Origin: Macrostomum lignano
Lineage: Eukaryota
Length of the DNA: 64,000 nucleotides
Assembly: GCA_002269645.1 (NCBI GenBank)
Contig: NIVC01002166.1
Location: 1-64,000 of the forward strand
Reading direction: 5' to 3'
Positions 34,210-47,419 of this stretch are shown here, one piece after another. Numbering within the stretch: position 1 is the first letter of the stretch; each line of letters opens with the position of its first letter. The notes beneath the pieces are model-generated. The model was given only the letters and a program-made list of their open reading frames with translations, ran no database searches and had not been told where the DNA came from. Both the position numbers and the translations under genes were made by a program.

Positions 34210-36858
34210 ACGAGAATCATTGAGAACAGTATCTACGTGTGTACCGAAATAATCTCAGCTTGGCTTGTTTTTATTAACTCCAAAAGCTTGATCAAGAGCG
34301 GCCGCCAATTATCGTTGTGCCTTTTTGTTCGCTTGCATCGCTCTGCACCTCTCTGTCCATATACATGTAATCTTCAGTACCTGTATATTCTCTGATTATT
34401 TGCTAGAAGACATTATGAATCTCATATGCATCTTTAAATTATTTACGATATTCTCTACCTAAAAGCAATTGCTAAAATATGCTAATTCATTTTACATTTA
34501 ATCAATCTTTACAAGCTGCTTATAATAACAAAGTTTTTATCCTTGTTTCCCTCAATGACTATACCTCATAAACGCGATACTCAACAAGTCATTCTTGGAG
34601 GCCCTCTCTTCATTCGTATTTATCGATCTGTATCAATGACTATGATTGATTGCAGCACATTTAATGATACATGTAGCTAAATATAGCTTTTAGCAACTGC
34701 ATCTACGTCTTGCTTGTATCTTGCACTTGTGCTGCACAAGTCCAAAAGAAAAATTCACATATGCTTTATTTTAATAATACCAATAATTCATTTAACCTTT
34801 GACTTACTTGACTTCATTTAATTATTTCATTAATTCATTTAACCTCATTACCTCATTGTAATTTTAGGTCACTTTAGAGTAACTAATTACTCGACTCTGA
34901 ACTCAATTGAGTTGTACTCTCAAGTTGACCGAAATTAAGGCTGGGAGTCTGTGACCAATGGTCCCAACAACACGAGTGCAGCACGTTACAACTCTACTCT
35001 AAGATCAACCATATGCTAACCCTAACTGTGACATCACTTAGCACCTTTGCTGAAGCAAAGGAATTGCATTTTTCTTACAAAAGTTGTTAAAGCTTCCTTT
35101 CCGAAATTTTTTTCATGCATGATGCATCTATTTTGTTAAAGTTTGCTTTTGATTTGTATACGAGCTCGTGGTTCAAAAATTAAACTTTGTTGTTTCAGAG
35201 AAACGGAGTAAATACTTATAGCCCATAATTTTTACAGCACTAATGTAATTTTTTACCATAAAAGTTAATAAGATAGAAAGCACCCATTTAACATAAAAAA
35301 ATTAACTAGAGTGGCATTTCACTCGCTCTACCAAAACTTAAGTTTTAATGCCCATAGAAATAGGCCTAGTCAAAAGAAGGAAAACATTTTTCACATAAAT
35401 TTCAGACGTTCAGGGAAGAAAATGGCAGCTGCAGCGGGGAAAAGGGAAGTTAAGGGCAGGGTTGTGCAAAAGAAGAGACATGACAAAGCTTGTTTGCTAG
35501 CATCATTAAAAATAAAAATATACAAAATCTAATTCATAGGGTAATAGCCAGATTAATTTTTACTATTGAACATTAACAACATGACATAAGTATTTTAAAT
35601 ATAAATTTGCACAATCTATTACTTAATGACCTATTTCATATCAAAACAAAAAGGCAAATTAGACCAAATTATTAAATATTAGGCTTATTTGATATAGGAA
35701 ACTTCCTAATCCTAGCATTGTCTTTAATTAGACAGAAACTTTCTCTTTTAGTTTTAAGTAGTCTAATAGGCCTGCATAAAGCATGTAGCTATATAACTTT
35801 TAAAGGTAAAAATAAAATGAAATAAATTTTAGAAAGTTTATGTAGTATTAATGTTAGTAGTAAATAAGATTTAGAGTCCAAATTTTGTCTTTATTTAAAC
35901 TAAAAGAAAACAAAAAGTTAGCAGCCTATTTTATCTCCTATGGCCATGGGTCAAAGGTATTATAATGCTATGTTATTTTAGCAAAAATAAAATATATTGC
36001 TAGATGCTATTAAATGCTTATATAATATACCATGAATTTACAAGTAGTATAAAAAGTTGTCTATTTTATGCATTTATAAAATGAGTAAGTATGTTTTTAT
36101 TAGCTAATTTTAGTCTATATAGCCAAAAATATTACTAGGATTAATTGGAATAAATTATTACTATTATTTGGTTTTGTCGCAACATTTTATAATTCTATTA
36201 ATATTATAAAAAAAATATTTTATTAAATTTTATCATAGTTAACAGATTGAATATTTTAGAAGTGCTTAGACTTATAGATAAACATTTCTATAGAAATAGT
36301 ACCTAGTTATTTATAAGCCTAATGCCCTTGACCATGCTTGTATGTATACCAGTATATGCTTTTATATATTTGTTTTGTATTTATCTAAGAGAAGAAATAA
36401 AATCTATATTATCTTTCTATTGTAACTTTGGTATGGTTAATGGTAATAGAGTAAAGTAGAATCCTAGCAATTAGGATCACTGATGAATTAGGCATTTCAA
36501 TGTTTTTATTGCTAGGGCCTAATATATATTTAATTGAGAATAGAAACAATTTTTTACTTTAACATAGATCAATCTTTGTTGCCAACTAAAAGTCTTTCAT
36601 TAAATTGCAACAGCACAAAAAAACCTGTTTAAGCTATCACAGCATGCCGCAGTAAGTCACAGTTGTCAATGACAAATTATGGTTTGAAACAGAAACCCAG
36701 TCTGAACCATAAAACTCAGTTTAGCACCTTAGCTAATTTGCACTTATTGAATTCATGCTCTTGCTGCACATTAGTGCAAATGTGTGCACTCTTGGCAAGA
36801 CCTGGCCCAGTGTGACTCACAACTCTGCATATTTGACACTTAAGTCGCTCAGCCCAAG

Positions 36859-39800
36859 ATGTCGGAGTGCCTGCTCAGGCCAAACAGTTTTGCAAGCTAC
36901 GGTTCGCTCAACAACTTGCAGGAGGAGGCGGAGGCCGCAGCCAATGACTCCGAAGCTCTGGCGGCGCCAGCCGCGGCTCCCGGCTTCGCCATCGCCGATG
37001 AGAAAATGCGCCGCCGGTTAAAATATTTCTTTATGACGCCGTGCGAAAAGTATCAGGCCAAAGGTCGGTTGCCATGGAAACTGTTGCTACAGCTGGCTAA
37101 GGTGGTGTTTGTCACCGCCCAGCTGTACGTGTTCGGCATCGAGACCTCCAGCCAGGTGGCCTTCATGGACTCAACCAGGGCGGCGTTTCGCCGGCTCTAC
37201 CTGCAGGGCTGGGACGCCGGCTGGGAGTCGCCGATAGCCACCCACGGCCCGTTTGCTGTGTACACCTACGACACCATGTACGCCGTGCTGGACACGGCGC
37301 TGCGAGGCTACAACCAGACCCAGAGCGCTCTGGGCTCGTTCGATCTGCCAAACGCAACTGCCAACGGCCAGCAGCCGGAGCCGCAGTTCTGCGTCAGTTA
37401 CTATCGCAACCTGAGCGTTGACGCGGCAAATTTCCAATTCCAGCTGGACAACAGAGCCACTAAGCGATGCTTTTCTATGCGGCCAATCCAGCTGGAAAAT
37501 GGAACCCTGGCCTACAATTCCAAGCAGTTGCTGCAGGAGAATAATTTTACACTTAACTTTGACAACGTGCTGATGGCCAGCCTGCAGTTCAATATTAACG
37601 CTATACATTTCAATTTTGATGCGCCAAGGCTAACCAATGCTGAGTGCTTTCAGTTTAGCGTGTCTGTGAGTCTGCCTCTATTGTCACTTATGCTTGCATT
37701 TGCACTTCTATCAGCAGTCACAGAGACCTCTGTTGATTGCGCCCTTTCTGTAGCTGGCGCCCCCCTCTGTAGCTGGCGCTTCCTCTGTAGCTGGCGCCCC
37801 TTCTGTAGCTGGCGCCCCCCTCTGTAGCTAGCGCCCCCCTTTGTAGCTAGCGCCCCCCTCTGTAGCTGGCGCCCCCCTCTGTAGTTAGCGCCCCCCTCTG
37901 TAGCTGGCGCCCCTTCTGTAGCTAGCACCCCTTCTGTAGCTGGCGCCCCTTCTGTAGCTGGCGCCCCCTCTGTAGCTGGCGCCCCTTCTGTAGCTGGCGC
38001 TTCCTCCGTAGCTGGCGCCCCCCTCTGTAGCTGGCGCTTCCTCTGTAGCTGGCGCCCCTTCTGTAGCTGGCGCCCCTTCTGTAGCTGGCGCCCCCTCTGT
38101 AGCTGGCGCCCCTTTCTGTAGCTGGCGCCCCCCTCTGTAGCTGACGCCCTTCTGTAGCTGGTGCTTCCTCTGTAGCTGGCGCCCCCCTCTGTAGCTGGCG
38201 CTTCCTCTGTAGCTGGCGCCCCTTCTGTAGCTGGCGCCCCTTCTGTAGCTGGCGCCCCTTCTGTAGCTGGCGCCCCTTCTGTAGCTGGCGCCCCTTCTGT
38301 AGCTGGCGCCCCTTCTGTAGCTGGCGCCCCTTCTGTAGCTGGCGCCCCTTCTGTAGCTGGCGCCCCTTCTGTAGCTGGCGCTTCCTCTGTAGCTGGCGCC
38401 CCCCTCTGTAGCTGGCGCTTCCTCTGTAGCTGGCGCCCCTTCTGTAGCTGGCGCCCCTTCTGTAGCTGGCGCCCCTTCTGTAGCTGGCGCCCCCTCTGTA
38501 GCTGGCGCCCCTTTCTGTAGCTGGCGCCCCCCTCTGTAGCTGACGCCCCTTCTGTAGCTGGCGCCCCTTCTGTAGCTGGCGCCCCTTCTGTAGCTGGCGC
38601 CCCTTCTGTAGCTGGCGCCCCTTCTGTAGCTGGCGCCCCTTCTGTAGCTGGCGCTTCCTCTGTAGCTGGCGCCCCCCTCTGTAGCTGGCGCTTCCTCTGT
38701 AGCTGGCGCCCCTTCTGTAGCTGGCGCCCCTTCTGTAGCTGGCGCCCCTTCTGTAGCTGGCGCCCCCTCTGTAGCTGGCGCCCCTTTCTGTAGCTGGCGC
38801 CTCCCTCTGTAGCTGACGCCCCTTCTGTAGCTGGCGCCCCTTCTGTAGCTGGCGCCCCTTGTGTAGCTGGCGCCCCTTCTGTAGCTGGCGCCCCTTCTGT
38901 AGCTGGCGCCCCTTCTGTAGCTGGCGCCCCCTCTGTAGCTGGCGCCTCCTTTATAGCTCTATAGCTTTTCAGGAATCAAAACTTGAACTGAAATTTCGAG
39001 CTTATGAAAATTTAGGCTTGTAAAGTTTCCAGTTTTGTGAAGTTTCGTGCGCCTTTTACCGAGCTCTTGACCTTAGCAGTGCTGCTTTCAGATAGAAACT
39101 GCTAAGTCACTTGGGCTAGCAAGTAAGAAGGGTGGACACCGTTTGAAATGAACAGTATCAGATGTATCTGATGCTAACGACTGGCCAGTGACAGCGATTG
39201 GGTTACTGCCAATCTGCGCATTTCAGAAGTTTCTTCTAAAAATTTGCATTTCACACCTGTGCCCCTCATCTCCGCAGATTAGATTCGACAACCAGGCGCA
39301 TGCCGGTCAAGTGCTGGTGGGCCTGACCGCCAACCCCTCGACCAAGGCGTGCAATGCTCAGAGTCGCCAAGAGTCCATTAAATCCATGGGCTATTCCTCA
39401 GTCAAAGAGGCTCTGTACACCGTGCTGGACTCCTCCGTGATGCTTGTGTGCGCGCTGTCGTTCTTGTCCTGCGGTCGTAGCCTGTACAGGGGATTCAAGA
39501 TGCGAGTGGTGCGTCTTGGATGCGATGAAATCCCATCTTTCAGATCCCTCAATTAGATTGAAATCCCATCTTTCAGATCCCTCAATTAGATTGAAATCCC
39601 CTCTTACAGATCCCTTAATTAGATTGAAATCCTCTCTTTCAGATCCCTCAATTAGATTGAAATCCCATTTTTCAGATCCCTCAATTAGATTGAAATCCCA
39701 TCTTTCAAATCCCTCAATTAGATTGAAAATCCCCTTTTTAGATCCCTTAATTGGACTGATATCCCCTCTTTCAGATCCCTCAATTAGATTGAAATCCCAT

Positions 39801-42187
39801 TTTTCAGATCCCTCAATTAGATTGAAATCCCATATTTCAGATCCCTTAATTAGATTGAAATCCCCTCTATCAGATCCCTTAATTAGAATGAAATCCCATA
39901 TTTCAGATCCCCTAATTAAGTCCTTGCTTTTAGATGCTCAGCAGCTCAGGTCTAACTAATATCGCAAAGTTCCGCCTTCCCTAATCCGCAGCGCACCTTA
40001 GAGTACTTCCTCCAGACAGAGGATTACCGCCTCTCTCTAGACGAGCAATTTGAATTCGTCAATCTGTGGTTCGTGCTGATCATGCTCAACGACCTGCTTA
40101 CCGTCGTTGGTTCGATTCAGAAAATTTTAATCGAATATAAGGTGTGTTCTTTGGGTAGAATTTTGACACTTGCTACTTACGTAAACTAGTAGCTATATAT
40201 GTGTATAAATTTTTGCCAATTTTCAGGTTGGCAACAATGACAATTACATCACCTGCGGCCTGTTCCTCGGTGGCGGCGCTATGCTAGTGTGGTTGGGCAC
40301 GCTTCGATATTTGAATTACTTTGCCAAATACAATGTGAGTTTTGTAAAGTGATAATTTGTACTTTGCACTTTGTGTCTTTTGATCACTAGTGTGTCTTTG
40401 TTCCTTTGATCAGTACTGTACTTTGTGTCTTTTGATCAATAGTGTGTCTTTGTTCCTTTGTTCAATAGTGTGTCTTTGTTCCTTTGATCAGTACTGTACT
40501 TTGTGTCTTTTGATCAATAGTGTGTCTTTGTTCCCTTGATCAATAGTGTGTCTTTGTTCCTTTGATCAATAGTGTGTCTTTGTTCCTTTGATCAATAGTG
40601 TGTCTTTGTCCCCTTTGATCAATAGTGTGGGTTTGTTGGCCTCTGGTGCACCGCCTTTGGCGACATGGTCCCACAACCAGCGCTGAGGCAGCTCTGCCCA
40701 ATCCGCAGACTCCTGAGCGCATGCAAGCGCACCAACACAGTACGCAGGCACGCAATCACACACTCGCTCACACAGGGTGTACAGCGGTCCTGACTTTCTA
40801 ATTGTCAGGCGCTTTGTTGCAGTGCTGTATTAATTTGAGCTACAGTGGGTCTTTGTTTTTATTTGTGTAGCCATGCCCTTTCAACTCTCGCCCGCCACCC
40901 CTTCTTACCCAGGTGCTGCTGCTGACCATCAAGCGCAGCCTGCCGGACATCATCCGCTTCCTGGTGTGCGCCGTGGTGCTGTTCCTGTCCTTCTCCCTGT
41001 TCGGCTGGATCACCTTCGGGCCTTATCACGCCAAGTTCCGCGGCTTCTTCATCACCCTGGAGTGCCTGTTCGCGCTGGTTAACGGAGATGACATCTTCAA
41101 TACGTTCGCCATGCTGCCGCAGGACACCACCAACACCTACATCTATGTGGTGTCGCGCATCTATCTGTACTCATTTATATCGCTGTTCATCTATATTGTG
41201 CTCAACGTGTGCATCTCTATTATAATAGAGGCGTACGAGACTGTCACGGTAAGGCTGATTTAAGCGATTTGTAAATATTCCATAGTCAATTAAGCTAAGT
41301 ATCCACTGAATACTCGCTGAATACTCGCTGAATACTCGCTAAATACCCGCTGAATACTCGGTAAATACCCGCTGAATACTCGCTGAATACTCGCTAAATA
41401 CCCGCTGAATACTCGGTAAATACCCGCTGAATACTCGGTAAATACCCGCTGAATGAGCTGAATACCCGCTGAATGAGCTGAATACCCGCTGAATGAGCTG
41501 AATACCTGCTGAATGAGCTGAATACCCGCTGAATGAGCTGAATACCCGCTGAATGAGCTGAATACCCACTGAATGAGCTGAATACCCACTGAATGAGCTG
41601 AATACCCGCTGAATGAGCTGAATACCCGCTGAATGAGCTGAATACCCGCTGAATGAGCTGAATGCCCGCTGAATGAGCTGAATACCCGCTGAATGAGCTG
41701 AATACCCGCTGAATGAGCTGAATACCCGCTGAACGATCTATATGTCACCTAAAGTCAGTCCGGCAGTCCAGCTAACCGAGTCCGCGCTCCCCAACCCCCG
41801 ACAGCACCGCAGTGGTCTGACGCAGCCCTCCCGCCTGTGGCAGTTCATCGCCGAGTGTGCCGACCCGGCCAGCTCCGTCGCTTATCGACACGACGCCGCC
41901 GAACGCGCGGCGGCCGCCGCCCGGCCCTTCAGCTGGCTGATGCGCGCCCTTCAGTCCTCCCTGGTGTCCCGGGTTCGATTCAACCGGCATCGAACCGCTG
42001 GCGGCGTCGGCGGCGTCAGGGAGTTCAATGTCAACGATAGCGATGAACTCGGAGGTGGCGGCGGCAGCGGAGACATCGGCGGCGATGGCCGCGGCGGCAG
42101 GAGACGCAGCGAGAGTCTGGCCTCGCCTTGGGACGCCGACAATCTGGGCGGTAGCGGCGGATTCGACTATGGCAGACTGTCGTCTTT

Positions 42188-42230
<43 letters not shown>

Positions 42231-42293
42231 CATCTTCATCACAGCTGGTCGGACACGGGAGACGAGCAGCAGCACCGCCCCGAGATACTGTAG
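36859..42293 (+). CDS. MCOLN: Mucolipin / TRPML cation channel, complete, 6 exons
   Basis: Exons 36859-37665 (RRRLKYFFMTPCEKY...PWKLLLQ), 39278-39508, 39992-40141 (FVNLWFVLIMLND), 40227-40334 (LVWLGTLRYL), 40913-41248 (pore ECLFALVNGDD; SFISLFIYIVL...AYETV) and 41772-42293 (QFIAEC, polyQ). All introns are GT-AG and phase 0. Confidence 0.93.
37742..38955. repeat. Intronic minisatellite, ~18-bp unit GTAGCTGGCGCCCCTTCT
   Basis: Visible array in MCOLN intron 1. Confidence 0.95.
39525..39915. repeat. Intronic minisatellite, 33-bp unit GATTGAAATCCCATCTTTCAGATCCCTCAATTA
   Basis: Visible array in MCOLN intron 2. Confidence 0.92.
40370..40630. repeat. Intronic minisatellite, ~26-bp unit GATCAATAGTGTGTCTTTGTTCCTTT
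   Basis: Visible array in MCOLN intron 4. Confidence 0.88.
40695..40812 (-). mobile_element. 3' part of a SINE-like family copy
   Basis: gcccaatccgcagactcctgagcgcatgcaagcgcaccaacacagtacgcaggcacgc...cagggtgtacagcggtcctgactttctaattgtcaggc closely matches 2755-2870. Confidence 0.72.
41300..41732. repeat. Intronic minisatellite, ~20-bp unit CTGAATACCCGCTGAATGAG with shorter variants
   Basis: Visible array in MCOLN intron 5. Confidence 0.92.
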
Positions 42294-42439
42294 CGGAATT
42301 CCTATTCAGATTGTTATGCTACTGCACCTGTTGGATGGTAATTATTAATTCTCTATTAAGACAGCTGAGTTGTGTACTGCGGTTTTTGTTTGATGCTATC
42401 GTGTCTTTTCGGCCGATGTAGTAAGGTTGATAATGTATT

Positions 42440-43170
42440 AGGTTGCCCGTGTGGCAGGTTGCCTGCCTTTGGTGTAGGGTGCCTTTGTGATAGGTTGCTA
42501 GTGTGGTAGGTCGCCTTTGTGGTAGGTTGCCCCTGTAATAGGTTGCCCCTGTAGGTTGCATATGTGATAGGTTGCCCCTGTAATAGGTTGCCCCTGTAGT
42601 AGGTTGCCCATGTGATAGGTTGCCCCTGTAATAGGTTGCCCATTTGATAGGTTGCCCCTGTGATAGGTTGCCTATGTAGTAGGTTGCCCATGTGGTAGGT
42701 TGCTCATGTGGTAGGTTGCCCATGTGGTGGGTTGCCCGTGTGTTGGGTTGCCCGTGTGGTGGGTTGCCCATGTGGTAGGTTGCCCCTGTAGTAGGTTGTC
42801 CATGTGGTAGGTTGCCCCTGTAGTAGGTTGCCCATGTAGTAGGTTGCCCATGTAGTAGGTTGTCCATGTGGTAGGTTGCCCCTGTAGTAGGTTGCCCCTG
42901 TAGTAGGTTGCCCCTGTATTAGGTTGCCAATGTGGTAGGTTGCTCATGTGGTAGGTTGCCCGTGTGGTGGGTTGCCCATGTGGTAGGTTGCCCGTGTGGT
43001 GGGTTGCCTATGTGGTGGGTTGCTCATGTGGTGGTTTGCCCGTGTGATGGGTTGCCTATGTGGTGGGTTGCCCGTGTGATGGGTTGCCCATGTGGTGGGT
43101 TGCCCGTGTGATGGGTTGCCCATGTGGTGGGTTGCCCATGTGGTGGGTTGCCCGTGTGATGGGTTGATAA
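42440..43170. repeat. Minisatellite, 16-bp unit AGGTTGCCCATGTGGT
   Basis: Visible array downstream of MCOLN. Confidence 0.92.
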
Positions 43171-43849
43171 CCTAGTAGATGGGACTGGGACTGGATGGGC
43201 TGCCCACCAAACAGATTCAATCAGATTTTCTTTAGAAATTGATTGCACATTCTGTAATTATCATTGAGCAACACCCCGTGATTTCTTTCACATGTAAACA
43301 ATGCTCATATTGCCGTATTGTAATTTGCAGTCTAATTATATTCAGCCCTTTTCGTGTTTTTTGTCCTTCTCAGCTTGTTTCGTCTTCTGTTACACTTTGA
43401 TTATCCCCAATGCGCTACTTGTAAGTAGAGAATCTGGTGTTTTTATCGCAGCATATATTGCTGTTCCATATTTACACGCAAGAAATGTCCCCAATCAGAT
43501 GGAATTCCTAATTCTATAATTTTACGCACCTTTTTTAGCTTGCCAGCTTTTCTAAGAATAATTTCACTTGGCACAAACTATTCTGCCCATGTCCGATATG
43601 CACTACTGGGAATCTCTAAGTAGTCCGATGCAAGTTTCATACTTTTTGCACGGTAATAATGACACTGTTTGTATGCTAATTCGGTTAGATCTTCCAGCTG
43701 CCTGGTTCTATTCTCAGATTCATTTTATTTTCAATAAAACTTTCCAATTGAATTGGTATGAACGGATGCTACTTTCATGTCATTTAGATTTGCGATGCTA
43801 ATCCTTGTATTGACAAATTCTTAGAGACAATCTTTGCATTCACGTCTAG

Positions 43850-45370
43850 AGGTGCTTATTGATTCACTCTTGATTTACTTTCAGAGTCACACTTTTTGAT
43901 TCACTCTAAAAGGTATTCTGATTCACTCCTCGAGTCACTCTAGTAATCTCTCTTGGTTTCACTCTTTGGAGTCACCCTAATTCACTCTTAGAGTCATCTT
44001 GGATTCACTCGCGAGTCACTCTTTTGTTCAATGCCAGATTCACTATTAGTTATTTGAGTCACTCTTGATTCACTACTAGTTACTTGAGTCACTCCTTGAT
44101 TCACTCCTAGAGTCACTCTCATTCCCTAGAGTCACTCTGATTCACTCCTAGAGTAACTCTGACTCACTCCTAAAATCGACTCTGATTCACTCCTAAAGCC
44201 ACTCTGATTCACTCCGAAAGTCACTATGATTCATCCCTAGAGTCACTCTGATTCATCCCTAGCGTCACTCTGATTCACTCTTAAAGTAACTCTGATTCAC
44301 CCTAGAGTCACTCTGATTCACTCCTAAAGTCACTCTGATTCACTCCTAAAGTCACTCTAATTCACTTCTAAAGTCACTCTGATTCACTCCTAAAGTCGCT
44401 CTGATTCACTCCTAAAGTCACTCTGATTCACTCCTAAAGTCGCTCTGATTCACTCCTAAAGTCACTCTGATTCACTCCTAAAGTCACTCTGATTCACTCT
44501 TAAAGTCACTCTGATTCACTCCTAAAGTCACTCTGATTCACTCCTAAAGTCGCTCTGATTCACTCCTAAAGTCACTCTGATTCACTCCTAAAGTCACTCT
44601 GATTCACTCTTAAAGTCACTCTGATTCACTCCTAAAGTCACTCTGATTCACTCCTAAAGTCACTCTGATTCACTCCTAAAGTCACTCTGATTCACTCCTA
44701 AAGTCACTCTGATTCACTCCTAAAGTCGCTCTGATTCACTCCTAAAGTCACTCTGATTCACTCCTAAAGTCACTCTGATTCACTCCTAAAGTCACTCTGA
44801 TTCACTCCTAAAGTCGCTCTGATTCACTCCTAAAGTCACTCTGATTCACTCCTAAAGTCACTCTGATTCACTCCTAAAGTCACTCTGATTCATCCCTAGA
44901 GTCACTCTGATTCACTCTTAAAGTCACTCTGATTCACTCCTAAAGTCACTCTGATTCACTCCTAAAGTCACTCTGATTCATCCTAGAGTCACTCTGATTC
45001 ACTCTTAAAGTCACTCTGATTCACTCCTAAAGTCACTCTGATTCACTTCTAAAGTCACTCTGATTCACTTCTAAAGTCACTCTGATTCACTCCTAAAGTC
45101 ACTCTGATTCATCCCTAGAGTCACTCTGATTCACTCTTAAAGTCACTCTGATTCACTCCTAAAGTCACTCTGATTCACTCCTAAAGTCACTCTGATTCAC
45201 TCCTAAAGTCACTCTGATTCACTCCTAAAGTCACTCTGATTCGCTCGCGAGTCACTCTTTGATTCCAATCGCAAATTCAGTCCTAGAGCCACTGATTCAC
45301 TCCTGGAGTCACTCTTATGTTCAATCCTAGAGTCACTCTTATGTTCAATCCTAGAGTCACTCTATGATTC
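43850..45370. repeat. Minisatellite, 22-bp unit CACTCCTAAAGTCACTCTGATT with degenerate flanks
   Basis: Visible array ending immediately upstream of the USP start codon. Confidence 0.94.
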
Positions 45371-45391
45371 ACTCGCGCCCGCAGCGAGCCC

Positions 45392-46268
45392 ATGGGTGCC
45401 TACCTAAGCAGCAGCGCAGCCGCCACGGCCGCTGCCTCATCTGCCGAGTCCGGCAACCCGCTAAACAGCGGCATTCCGCGCACGCATCGCCGAGTCCTGA
45501 TCGCCATTGACGAATCGCTGGGCGCTCAAAAAGCCTTCGATTTCTGGAGCGGCGTGGCGCGCAGTCAGGATGACAGCATCCTGCTGGTGAACGCTGTGGA
45601 GGTGCCGAACGTGCCGACCGGACTGCTGCTGTCCCCCACCGGGTAGGCCGTGCAGACAGGGTTGAGCAGTGCTTGACGAATAACTTTTGAATTTTGAATT
45701 TGAAAACTATTAAAACAAATCTCTCATATACCCACAAAATACTAAGACAGTACAAGAGAATCTTCCTCAGTCAGCTTTGAGATCAGACATTATCCAGCTT
45801 TGAGAACAGCCATTAACCAGCTTTGAGAACAGCCATTAACCAGCTTTGAGAACAGCCATTAACCAGCTTTGAGAACAGCCATTAACCAGCTTTGAGAACA
45901 GCCATTAACCAGCTTTGAGAACAGCCATTAACCAACAATAAGAAGCTGTTAATGAACTCGAGTCTCCCAAATTCCGCAGCTCATTTGACTACTCGGAGTA
46001 CCAGAAGCAGACTCAGCCGCTGCTGGAACGGGCCCAGCGACTCAAGGCCAACATGATGGCCAAATGCGAGCAGCGCAAGCTTCGCTGCAAGTTCATCACG
46101 GAGGTTGGCAGCCCGGCAACTGCTGTGCTTGACGCGGCTAAGACCTTCTCAGCCTCGGTCATTGTAGTTGGCTGCTGCGGTCACAAGAACCACTTGTTGG
46201 GCTCGGTTAGCAACTATATTCTGCAGCACTCCTGCCGGCCTGTGGTCATTGTGCCCCGGTTCGACTGA
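45392..46268 (+). CDS. Universal stress protein (UspA domain), 2 exons
   Basis: Exon 45392-45642 (RRVLIAIDES...AFDF...DDSILLVNAVE) and exon 45980-46268 (GSPATAVLDAA...VIVVGCCGHKNHLLGSVSNYILQHSCRPVVIVP). The phase-2 GT-AG intron is compatible. Confidence 0.9.
45795..45935. repeat. Intronic minisatellite, 23-bp unit CAGCTTTGAGAACAGCCATTAAC
   Basis: About 6 copies in the USP intron. Confidence 0.9.
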
Positions 46269-46442
46269 ACTGCAGCTGGGATAACCTTGAATTGACTGAT
46301 AGGTGGGTGCAGGCTGATTGCTTTGCACTTTGTTGCTTTGAGAAGGTCTGCTAATCTGTTGCCTAAATGTCATGTGATGTGATGTATATTCGCCTTACCA
46401 ATGAGTTAGCGGAAAATTATGGTTAAGGTTTAAAGTTATATT

Positions 46443-46830
46443 CCAGCCAATCAGAGACGAGATCAGTCTAGCTTAGAGCAAGCATCCAGCCAATCAGAAA
46501 CGAGATCAGTCTAGCTTAGAGCAAGCATCCAACCAATCAGAGACGAGATCAGTGTAGCTTAGCTAGCTTCCAGCCAATCTGAGACGAGATCAGTCTAGCC
46601 TAGCTAGTTTCCAGCCAATCAGAGACGAGATCAATCTAGCTTAGCTAGTTTCCAGCCAATCAGAGACGAGATCAGTCTAGCTTAGCTAGTTTCCAGCCAA
46701 TCAGAGACGAGATCAGTCTAGCCTAGCTAGTTTCCAGCCAATCAGAGACGAGATCAGTCTAGCCTAGCTAGTTTCCAGCCAATCAGAGACGAGATCTGCC
46801 GTCTAGATTAGTTTTTCCAGCTAATCAGAA
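46443..46830. repeat. Tandem repeat, ~41-bp unit containing AGCCAATCAG
   Basis: About 9 copies of CCAGCCAATCAGAGACGAGATCAGTCTAGC. Confidence 0.9.
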
Positions 46831-47419
46831 CTTCCGTTTAAACTCCAATTAAAATTCCAATCATGTTTATTTTCAATAGCAGATTTTAAGAAAGTAGTTG
46901 ACATTTCGTGTGTAGTTTATTTTTACTTGATCCATTTTTGTTATATACTATTCTGTAAAATACTTTCGATCTCAGAGTGTTGCGTTATTTATATTTATAT
47001 TTAAGAGTAGTAAAATTTTCATCTTGTTTTAGTAATCGCTGTTTTAATTTTATACCATAGTTCCATGCTATAAAATGGAATAATAATTCCATACTATACC
47101 TTGCAGCCTTTGCTTAAACCATTATACCGAGTAATTTTTAATACTATGCTTTTACCACTGTGATATGTAAATCTATTTATCATGGGAATACAAGTTATTA
47201 GTACACTAACAGGCTAATCCGTTCTGTTTGCTGTGCAGTTTTCTGGTTACCAGCCGCACTATATATCAAATTAATACGCACATTAAACTGACAGCTGATT
47301 TATTCTCTATCTCCGTCACTTTCTCTTGTTTTTGAAAGGAGGGTACGAGCAGCATTGTGGAGGTTTAGTGTGGAGGATGAGGATGAGATTAGGTCAGAAG
47401 AAAGTAGTGGAAGTGTAAA

